Part shown: positions 1 to 7,426 of the stretch, piece by piece | Layout of the letters: each line of letters begins with the position of its first letter | Position numbering within the stretch: position 1 is the stretch's first letter | Translations under genes and position numbers: made by a program | Virus record (IMG/VR): IMGVR_UViG_3300027754_000091 | Coordinates: 1-62,795 of that record | Direction: 5' to 3' (one strand) | Source of the DNA: a virus | Lineage: Duplodnaviria > Caudoviricetes | DNA: 62,795 nucleotides | The notes under the pieces: model-generated | What the model was told of the DNA's origin: nothing | Seen by the model: the letters and a program-made list of their open reading frames with translations, nothing else | The model's database searches: none

Positions 1-1
1 T

Positions 2-523
2 TCGGGAGAATATATATTTGTTTGGGAGGATGACGATATTTATCTTCCTTGGAAGATATCTTTGTCTATTAAAAGATTAAATGAAAATGGTATTTTTCAT
101 ACTGGAAATGCTTTTTTTAACACAGATAAAGATAAATTATCAATTTGTTCTAATTTACATCATTCAAGTCTTTGCATGAGTTCTAAATGTTGGCAGTCTA
201 TAGGAAATTACACTGTGTTACAAACAGACACATGTGATTTAGACATAGTTCTTTTTGATAAAATTTATAAAATGTATAAAAATGTTAGTCAATTTGTTGA
301 ACCAGAAGATATTTTTTACATATATAGATTTGGTTCTACTCAAGACTATCATTCATCTATGTTTCCTGCTGCTTCTAAAACAAATGTTTCAGATCAAGCA
401 AAACTGCATGTTGAAAACAAGGTTAAAAAAAACAAAGAACCTATTGGAAAAATATTTCTAAACCCCAATTGGAAATACGATTATTTAAAATCTAGGGATA
501 AATGTTTAACCGTTAAGGGTTAA
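2..523 (+). CDS. GT-A fold (GT2-like) glycosyltransferase, 5' truncated by window edge
   Basis: Frame is open from base 2: SGEYIFVWEDDDIYLPWKIS, the typical GT2 'gey i..wDdDD.y.p.ri' DxD region. Confidence 0.7.
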   Translation, partial: SGEYIFVWEDDDIYLPWKISLSIKRLNENGIFHTGNAFFNTDKDKLSICSNLHHSSLCMSSKCWQSIGNYTVLQTDTCDLDIVLFDKIYKMYKNVSQFVEPEDIFYIYRFGSTQDYHSSMFPAASKTNVSDQAKLHVENKVKKNKEPIGKIFLNPNWKYDYLKSRDKCLTVKG

Positions 524-525
524 GA

Positions 526-1431
526 ATGAAAATTGTTAAAGCAACATATGGAACCAATGATGTTTTTGAAGATGTCACAGAAGATATTCAAAAATTTTTT
601 ATAAATAAACAATTAACTATCCTTGTTTCCAACAAAGTATTTAAAGACCCAAAAATTGGTTTTTTAAAAAATTTAAATGTTGAATTTGAAAATGGTTTAA
701 AAATATCTCAAAAAGAAGGAAATTACTTACTTTATCCAGAATTTAATGAAAGAGTTGGAATTTTTTACACAAATAATTATGAGTCAAATTCAATAAGAAA
801 AAAGTCTTTAAATGCTAGCTTAGAAAGTTTAAAGTTGTTATCAAAAAAAAATGTTCGCATAGTTACATCAGTATGGAACACAGTACCGAATAATCCATTC
901 ATTGAATTATTTTCTCCAATTAAAGTTTCATGTCATTTAAATCAAGTTTTGCAAATATTGCAATGTCTCTATTTTATAAGAAAAAATTCAGATAAGGTTA
1001 AATATGTTAGTTTTTTAGAACATGATTGCATTTATCCAAAAGATTATTTTGATTACGATGATTTTGAATGTGACTCTATAACAAATACAAATCACATTGG
1101 GTTATCAAAAAATGGTTGGCAACCAAAAAATGATGGCATAAGACCAACATCTAATGTTGTTATGAAGTTTGATAGATCTATTGAGCACTTTGAAAACATA
1201 TTGCCACACGCACTATTGAACAATAGCGGAAGCTTAGAGCCTTGGTATTCAAAAAAAGAAGGAACAAATTCTTTGAATTGGAAAAACAAAGATTGGGAAT
1301 GCAAAAATCCATCGTTCCATATTAATCACGGTCATCATTTTACACAACATTTTACAACTTTTAAAAAAGTTTTTTCTCAATCAAATGAATACTGGGGCGA
1401 TTATTCAGAATATGCCTATCTTTTTTCTTAA
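526..1431 (+). CDS. SUEL/DUF3395-like lectin domain fused to a GT-A-like domain
   Basis: N-terminal IVKATYG...DVT...VSNKVFKDPKIGFLKNL pattern; YVSFLEHDCIYP (ExD in the DxD position). Confidence 0.5.
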   Translation: MKIVKATYGTNDVFEDVTEDIQKFFINKQLTILVSNKVFKDPKIGFLKNLNVEFENGLKISQKEGNYLLYPEFNERVGIFYTNNYESNSIRKKSLNASLESLKLLSKKNVRIVTSVWNTVPNNPFIELFSPIKVSCHLNQVLQILQCLYFIRKNSDKVKYVSFLEHDCIYPKDYFDYDDFECDSITNTNHIGLSKNGWQPKNDGIRPTSNVVMKFDRSIEHFENILPHALLNNSGSLEPWYSKKEGTNSLNWKNKDWECKNPSFHINHGHHFTQHFTTFKKVFSQSNEYWGDYSEYAYLFS

Positions 1432-1473
1432 TTTTTCTATAAAAAACATTTCATTAAAAGTCATAAAATAGTC

Positions 1474-1501
1474 TTGCCACAATAAAAAAAATAAGTAAGA
1501 T
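1474..1501 (+). promoter_or_regulatory. Sigma70-like promoter upstream of nrdJ
   Basis: TTGCCA (1474-1479), 16-nt spacer, TAAGAT (1496-1501), A-rich upstream sequence, in a 185-nt intergenic gap. Confidence 0.45.
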
Positions 1502-1542
1502 TTTGATCTGTCTTACCTACAATCATGGGTGTATTTATTTTC

Positions 1543-1616
1543 GCTGGTAATCGCCAGTATTACATACCTTTAGAGTTCCGCTTATCCTTGCGATAGCAGG
1601 GCAGATGGAGTTTTTC
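1543..1616 (+). promoter_or_regulatory. Structured 5' leader of nrdJ; long hairpin pairs with the GGAG ribosome-binding site
   Basis: Hairpin GCTGGT-AATC-GCCAGT (1543-1558). GAGTTCCG (1573-1580) pairs with TGGAGTTT (1606-1613) around an inner CCTTGC-GATA-GCAGGG stem; a T run overlaps the 3' end. Confidence 0.45.
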
Positions 1617-3908
1617 ATGTCTATTAAAGAATTGCAAAAATATACGGCTGTTTCCAAATACGCTAGATGGATCGAATCTGAAAAAAGAAGGGAAACTTGG
1701 GATGAAAGCGTACAAAGAATAAAAGATATGATGATAGAAGTTCATCCATCCTTGCGTAAAGATATTGAAGAACATTATGAAATGATCAGGGATCAAAAGA
1801 TATTGGGTTCACAAAGAGCATTACAGTTTGGTGGTAAGCCAATTATTAAGCATAATGCAAGAATATTTAATTGTTCTGCCAGTTATTGTGATAGGTTGCG
1901 ATTTTTTCAAGAATGTTTCTACTTATTGCTTTGTGGTTCTGGAACTGGCTTTAGTGTACAAAAACATCATGTTGAGTTATTGCCAAAGTTTTCATCCACT
2001 AGATTAAATCCAGAAGCATGTTGTTATGAGCACCATATTTATAGGGTTGAAGATTCAATTGAAGGTTGGTCAAATGCTCTAGGTGTTCTTCTTTCTTCAT
2101 ATTTTGAAACCCCTATAAAAGAATTTAAAAGATATAAAGATATAGCAGTTGGATTTAGTTATGAAGACATAAGAGAAAAGGGTGCTCCTTTGGGTTGTGG
2201 TATAGGTAATGCTCCAGGCTATCAACCACTAGAAAAAGCATTAGAAAAGACTAGGGATTTACTCGATAGATGTATTGCAAACGGACAAACAGAATTACGA
2301 ACAGTGGATGCATTCGATATAGTTATGTTTGCTGCTGATGCTGTTATATCTGGAGGTGTTCGTAGGTCTGCAACCATAGCTTTATTTTCTGCTGATGATG
2401 AATTGATGATTAATGCAAAAACTGGAGATTGGTATTTTACTAATCCTCAAAGGGCTAGGGCAAACATCTCTGCATTACTCCACAGGAAAGATACCTCCAA
2501 AGAAGTATTTGAAAATCTCTTTAAGGCAACTAAAGAGTTTGGTGAGCCAGGATTTTTCTTTGCTGATTATTATGATGTCTTATGCAATCCATGTTGTGAA
2601 ATATCATGGATAACAAAACATTTTTACAAGAAAGATGATCCAGAATTAGCCAAAGCTTTGTCATTCTATGAAGGACCAATAACGACAAAAGAGTCCTGCA
2701 AAGACGATATGCCAGAAGACGAAGTTGGTCTTTCTGGTTGGGGATTCTGTAACCTATCAACAATTAATGGGAAAACGATTACATCGGAACAAGACTTCTA
2801 TGAAAGATGTGCTGCTGCTGCGTTTATTGGCACATTACAAGCATCTTTTACCAATTTCCCATACTTGGGCCATGTTACAGAACTTATTGCTCGTAAAGAG
2901 GCATTATTGGGCGTTTCAATTAATGGTATGCAACATCATCCTAAAATATTACTAAACTCAACAATTCAACAAAATGGGGCGAAAATAGTTAAAGACACAA
3001 ACAAAAAGTATGCAGAAATACTAAACATAAGTCCTGCTGCAAGAACGACTTGCGTAAAACCAGAAGGTAATTCGGCTGCTTTGTTAGGTTCCGCTTCTGG
3101 CATTCATCCAGATCATTCTAAAAGATATTTTCGTATTGTTCAAGCTAACCAGATGGAATCTCCTTATCAGCACTTTAAAAGCATTAATCCTCAAGCATGT
3201 GAAGAGTCAGTGTGGTCATCAAATAAAACAGATGATTGCATACGCTTTTGTGTACAAAGTCAAGATGGAACAGTACTTAAGGAAAACATAGATGCTATAT
3301 CTATGCTTGACGATGTTCTATCAACCTATAAAAATTGGGTCGTTTCTGGAAAAAACGAACATCTTTGCATTAGAAAAGAACTAAATCATAATGTGTCTAA
3401 TACGGTACATGTAAAAGATAATGAGTGGGATAAAGTAAAAGAATACATTTATAATCATCGCACAGAGCTTGCTGGAATATCTCTTATAGCTTCAACTGGA
3501 GATAAAGATTATAATCAAGCTCCATTTACAGCAGTTTATTCAATTGAAGAACAAATGGCTAATTGGGGTTATGAAGCCACATCTAAAGCATATGAAACTT
3601 ATCCAAAATTTTCTGAATATAATTTTAATTCTTTGTGGGATGCTTGTTCATGTGTTCTTGGTTATTTTGAACCAAAAGATGAAAAGCAAAAAGCTTGGAA
3701 AATCATGATGCAAAAATATGCAGATGAATGTTTTTCTTCTGATGTTAAGTACGCTACTTATGCACTTAAAGATGCTTATAATTTAGATTTATGGAACAAA
3801 CTAATAAATAATTATTCTGATGTTGATTATTTAAATGCTGTTGAAATTAATTCTACAATAGACATTCAAGGAGAACTTGCTTGTGCTGGTGGAGCTTGTT
3901 TAATATAA
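1617..3908 (+). CDS. nrdJ: Class II (adenosylcobalamin-dependent) ribonucleotide reductase, monomeric RTPR type
   Basis: FNCS, GGVRRSATI, NPCCEI (thiyl radical Cys), TTCVKPEGN, C-terminal CAGGAC redox pair; no nrdB nearby. Start moved from 1605 to ATG 1617, which has GGAG 6 nt upstream. Confidence 0.9.
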   Translation: MSIKELQKYTAVSKYARWIESEKRRETWDESVQRIKDMMIEVHPSLRKDIEEHYEMIRDQKILGSQRALQFGGKPIIKHNARIFNCSASYCDRLRFFQECFYLLLCGSGTGFSVQKHHVELLPKFSSTRLNPEACCYEHHIYRVEDSIEGWSNALGVLLSSYFETPIKEFKRYKDIAVGFSYEDIREKGAPLGCGIGNAPGYQPLEKALEKTRDLLDRCIANGQTELRTVDAFDIVMFAADAVISGGVRRSATIALFSADDELMINAKTGDWYFTNPQRARANISALLHRKDTSKEVFENLFKATKEFGEPGFFFADYYDVLCNPCCEISWITKHFYKKDDPELAKALSFYEGPITTKESCKDDMPEDEVGLSGWGFCNLSTINGKTITSEQDFYERCAAAAFIGTLQASFTNFPYLGHVTELIARKEALLGVSINGMQHHPKILLNSTIQQNGAKIVKDTNKKYAEILNISPAARTTCVKPEGNSAALLGSASGIHPDHSKRYFRIVQANQMESPYQHFKSINPQACEESVWSSNKTDDCIRFCVQSQDGTVLKENIDAISMLDDVLSTYKNWVVSGKNEHLCIRKELNHNVSNTVHVKDNEWDKVKEYIYNHRTELAGISLIASTGDKDYNQAPFTAVYSIEEQMANWGYEATSKAYETYPKFSEYNFNSLWDACSCVLGYFEPKDEKQKAWKIMMQKYADECFSSDVKYATYALKDAYNLDLWNKLINNYSDVDYLNAVEINSTIDIQGELACAGGACLI

Positions 3909-4009
3909 TGTCAAAAAGAATTGCAAAGATTTCAAAAACCAAAAAAGAAAAATTGGTGAAAAAAAATGCCAAAAAAGGGAAAAGTAAAAGGCATAGGTTC
4001 CCCTTTTAA
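3908..4009 (+). CDS. Possible 33-aa Lys-rich microprotein (MSKRIAKISKTKKEKLVKKNAKKGKSKRHRFPF)
   Basis: ATG overlaps the nrdJ stop (TAATG coupling); below the ORF-track cutoff; overlaps the next gene in another frame. Confidence 0.3.
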   Translation: MSKRIAKISKTKKEKLVKKNAKKGKSKRHRFPF

Positions 4010-4829
4010 TCTTAATTTTTCAAGTTGCTCAAACAACAAACCAAATCTTTTTGATTGGTCTAATGAAGATTCAGATTTTTCTGTTCTTATGGATTATTCA
4101 ATTCTTGATTGTTATAAATACCCAAAAATTAAAAACATTCCTAAATTTGGGTGGTTGTGCGAATCAATAACAATATTTCAAAATTTGTACGATAAAATAA
4201 AATACGATTATAAAAAAATATTTAATGACATAGATTACATATTTACCTCTGATGAACACTTGCTTTCTTTAGATTCAAGATTTAAATTTTGTTATTCATG
4301 CAGCAATATTCCTTGGTCAAAAAAAGAAAATTGGAGCATTCATAAAAAAACAAAAAAGTGTTCAATGATATGTTCAAATAAACTAAGTTGCAATCTTCAT
4401 GCTCTCAGGCAAAAAATAGCAAGGAACAATACTGAAAAATTTGATTTGTTTGGTGGCTTTTTAAATTCTCCTTACACTGGTGAAAAATTAGATGATTTTT
4501 ACAACAAGGACAATGCTTTAAAAGATTATATGTTTACAGTTGTTATTCAAAATAATAATCAACCTTATTTTTTTGCTGAAATGTTGACAGATTGTTTTTC
4601 ATTCGGAACGATACCAATTTATTTGGGCAATCCTAAAATAGACTTGTTTTTTGATTCAAATGCAATAATATCTATAAATTCAGAGGAAGATTTTAACAAT
4701 ATTGTTCTTAGTGAAGATTTATATCAATCTAAGTTTGATGGCATAAAAAACAATTTTGAAAGATTGCATACGATGGAAATGAGTGATGACTATCTTTATC
4801 AGCAGTGTTTAAAGCTTATGGAGGTTTAA
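3966..4829 (+). CDS. GT10 (fucosyltransferase)-like protein with altered motif
   Basis: KDNALKDYMFTVVIQN...YFFAEMLTDCFSFGTIPIYLG resembles GT10 'YkF.iafENs...Y.TEK..da...gtiPiY.G'. Confidence 0.6.
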   Translation: MPKKGKVKGIGSPFNLNFSSCSNNKPNLFDWSNEDSDFSVLMDYSILDCYKYPKIKNIPKFGWLCESITIFQNLYDKIKYDYKKIFNDIDYIFTSDEHLLSLDSRFKFCYSCSNIPWSKKENWSIHKKTKKCSMICSNKLSCNLHALRQKIARNNTEKFDLFGGFLNSPYTGEKLDDFYNKDNALKDYMFTVVIQNNNQPYFFAEMLTDCFSFGTIPIYLGNPKIDLFFDSNAIISINSEEDFNNIVLSEDLYQSKFDGIKNNFERLHTMEMSDDYLYQQCLKLMEV

Positions 4830-4830
4830 A

Positions 4831-5067
4831 ATGTCTCTATTTAATATTGGTGATATAGTCGCTTTGAAGTCTGGTGGAATGCCAATGACAGTTGTGGCTT
4901 TTGGCGAAGAAACAAAAGAGGTTTTAGTTGTTTATTTTGATTTAGATGCTAATGTTATGCGAGATGGTTTTCCAGCAGAATCATTAGAGTTTACAGAAAA
5001 TAGATGGAAAATGAAATATTGTGTTGATATAAACGAAGAAGATTATACAGATGATGAGGAATTTTAA
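4831..5067 (+). CDS. YodC/DUF2158 family small protein
   Basis: FNIGDIVALKSGGMPMTV signature. Confidence 0.75.
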   Translation: MSLFNIGDIVALKSGGMPMTVVAFGEETKEVLVVYFDLDANVMRDGFPAESLEFTENRWKMKYCVDINEEDYTDDEEF

Positions 5068-5429
5068 TGCCATACTATGAATTTTCCTGTGAGTCATGCG
5101 AATACAATTTTGAAGTTAAACTTTCTTTTTCTGAAAGCCATCCTAAAGATTGCCCAAAATGCAAAAAGGGAAAAGTAAATCAAGTTTATGATGGAAACAC
5201 TATTGTCTGCATGAAAGGTGGAGATACAATAGGGCAAGTAGGGGAAGCTAATTATAAGAAGGCTGGTGGTAAAATTAAAGAACATATGGCTAAAAAACAA
5301 GAGTTGCAAGATTCAAAATTGCCTTGGTGGAGATCTGGAAAAGTTAATGGATTAAGCAAAAAGGATAAACCTTTGAACTTGTCTAAAATTAAAGATGTCA
5401 AAAATTATATAGAAACAGGAGAAGAATAA
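5067..5429 (+). CDS. FmdB-family zinc ribbon protein
   Basis: MPYYEFSCESC...CPKCKK. Confidence 0.8.
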   Translation: MPYYEFSCESCEYNFEVKLSFSESHPKDCPKCKKGKVNQVYDGNTIVCMKGGDTIGQVGEANYKKAGGKIKEHMAKKQELQDSKLPWWRSGKVNGLSKKDKPLNLSKIKDVKNYIETGEE

Positions 5430-5677
5430 TGAATTTGATTCCTAAGTCTGGAGAAAGCTCACCACATACAGCAATAGTTAGAATACATTGGGAGGTTCTT
5501 CCAATAAGTTCTGATGGTTCATATGGATTAAATCAACCAGTTGATATTGGTTTACTGTTGTTTAGAGCAGATGGTTTATCATTTGAAGAAGCCAAAAATA
5601 AATTAGAGAATTTTTTATCTAATGCTGTTGATGACAAAAATTTTGCACATATTTGGAAAAGAGGACAGTCAATATGA
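5429..5677 (+). CDS. Hypothetical protein
   Basis: 82-aa ORF, start/stop coupled to both neighbours. Confidence 0.6.
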   Translation: MNLIPKSGESSPHTAIVRIHWEVLPISSDGSYGLNQPVDIGLLLFRADGLSFEEAKNKLENFLSNAVDDKNFAHIWKRGQSI

Positions 5678-5967
5678 AAATTGAAGATCATGGAAATCTT
5701 ATCATAAGTTGCAGCAATTGTAATAAGCCACTCGTTGATTTATTTATAACCAATACAGATGCGGACATTCATTGGAAATGTGTTGCGGAATGCTGTTATT
5801 GTGGAGATAAGAGCTTTGTAAAAGATGTTAAAGGAATTTTTAGACCCGGTGGATGCATTACAGTAGATAGGGAAAATCCAAATCATTTTACACAAGATAC
5901 TCTTTTAACAGATATTCTTACTGAAGACAATAAAGTGGTATTTAAAACACAGAAAGGAAAAAAATAA
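5674..5967 (+). CDS. Hypothetical zinc-binding protein
   Basis: CSNC...CCYC; ATG 5674 overlaps the upstream TGA (ATGA). Confidence 0.6.
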   Translation: MKIEDHGNLIISCSNCNKPLVDLFITNTDADIHWKCVAECCYCGDKSFVKDVKGIFRPGGCITVDRENPNHFTQDTLLTDILTEDNKVVFKTQKGKK

Positions 5968-6287
5968 TGTTTTCTGTAATTGGATTTGATAAAAACGCAA
6001 AAGAATGCGATCATGAAAACTTCTTATCCCTTGCAAAAAAAAGCACTGATTCAGATTTGAATAGTGAAAAATTTTGGGTTAAGGTCTGTACTAATGGAAT
6101 AGATTCTGGCAAACTTTTTGACCCTTCTTCAAATTTGTTAGAAGACTTAAAGCGTTTTGATAATCATACAGATAAGTATAGGTATTCATATAAAAGTGTA
6201 AATAAGGAATGTTTTAATTTTTACATTTCATATCTGTCAACTAACAATTCTTCGTTTTTAAAAAATGCTGAAAGGAATATATCATGA
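5967..6287 (+). CDS. Hypothetical phage protein
   Basis: 106-aa coupled ORF. Confidence 0.6.
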   Translation: MFSVIGFDKNAKECDHENFLSLAKKSTDSDLNSEKFWVKVCTNGIDSGKLFDPSSNLLEDLKRFDNHTDKYRYSYKSVNKECFNFYISYLSTNNSSFLKNAERNIS

Positions 6288-6574
6288 CCAAAAAAGCCAA
6301 AGATTCTCCTTTAAATGAAGTTGAAATATATTTTATTGAAGGAAATTGTTCGTCTATGCCTTTGGGAGATATTGCACAAAAAATTAATAGAGATATTGAA
6401 TTTATTAAAGATGTTTATGATAAAGCTAGAGTAAAAAAGTCTTTAACATTTCAAACAAAACTTGGAAGCGTATCTATGACAGCAGCACAATCTAGTAAGG
6501 GCGATGATATTGTTAAACCAAGTGAAAATGCTGCTTATATGAAAAAATTTAAAAATAGTATTCATAAAATATGA
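6284..6574 (+). CDS. Hypothetical protein, possible HTH
   Basis: PLGDIAQKINRDIEFIK resembles a helix-turn-helix; coupled ORF. Confidence 0.5.
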   Translation: MTKKAKDSPLNEVEIYFIEGNCSSMPLGDIAQKINRDIEFIKDVYDKARVKKSLTFQTKLGSVSMTAAQSSKGDDIVKPSENAAYMKKFKNSIHKI

Positions 6575-7026
6575 TTTGTAAGATATATGATAAAGAATAT
6601 TTTGAAGATAAGACTTGTTGGGTGGTAGAACTATCCAATGGTGAAACTGTTTATCAAAACGATGGCTTTGATCAGGCTGTTGAGTTTTCTGCTTGGATTA
6701 GACTTAAAGAATACTTGCATGAAAACAATTTAAAAATAGAAAAAATGTATGTAAGATTTAGATCAAATATTTTTTATCCTTTAGAAGATTATTGTGAAGG
6801 GTATTTTTTCTCTATGGGTATCATTGGTATGATGTCTTCTACAGAAAACATAAATTTTTACATATTGGGTTCTATCAAGAAAGATACTGTTAATATAAAA
6901 AAGATAAAAGTTCCAGAACTAATAGTTTTTGATGAAGAAGAAAGAAACATTTCTGATTGTACTGAGCAACAAGTAATTTTAAATATGAAAGAAAATTATG
7001 GCAAAAGAAAGATCTTCAAACAGTAG
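6571..7026 (+). CDS. Hypothetical phage protein
   Basis: 151-aa coupled ORF (WVVELSNGETVYQND...SAWIRLKEY). Confidence 0.6.
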   Translation: MICKIYDKEYFEDKTCWVVELSNGETVYQNDGFDQAVEFSAWIRLKEYLHENNLKIEKMYVRFRSNIFYPLEDYCEGYFFSMGIIGMMSSTENINFYILGSIKKDTVNIKKIKVPELIVFDEEERNISDCTEQQVILNMKENYGKRKIFKQ

Positions 7027-7426
7027 ATATGAATCTAGGCATGGTGGTGGTTGGATAACTCCAGCACAATTTTTAGCTGAGTTAATGTGTGAGCGTTTTG
7101 CTAAACAAAATCGTCAAGACATACCTCCAAAATTTTGGGATAAACAACCTTGGAAAAAAGAGTTTTTCAAACAGCTTTCTTTAGCAAATAAGCTTTTAGA
7201 AAAATATGATCCAGCATTAGTTTCTAAAGCTTTAAGATCACAAGAAGGTAAAAAAATATTCTCTTTAGGTGCTCCTTGGTTAATAAAACTTATAGAGTAT
7301 GAGGAATACAAATTTAAGGAAGCAGATAAGAATAAGGTTGAGGAAGTAGAATCTCTTCCAGTTAAAAAGCCTTTTGTTTTAAAAAAATCAACACTAAGTA
7401 AGTTAAAGGATATTGAAAATGAGTGA
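6998..7426 (+). CDS. Hypothetical phage protein
   Basis: 142-aa ORF overlapping both neighbours, directly upstream of recA. Confidence 0.6.
   Translation: MAKERSSNSRYESRHGGGWITPAQFLAELMCERFAKQNRQDIPPKFWDKQPWKKEFFKQLSLANKLLEKYDPALVSKALRSQEGKKIFSLGAPWLIKLIEYEEYKFKEADKNKVEEVESLPVKKPFVLKKSTLSKLKDIENE

Noticed and set aside
1432-1616. Canonical cobalamin riboswitch or tRNA
   Set aside because: No recognisable B12-box/GGGAA-GCCACTG elements or cloverleaf; kept only as an unclassified structured leader
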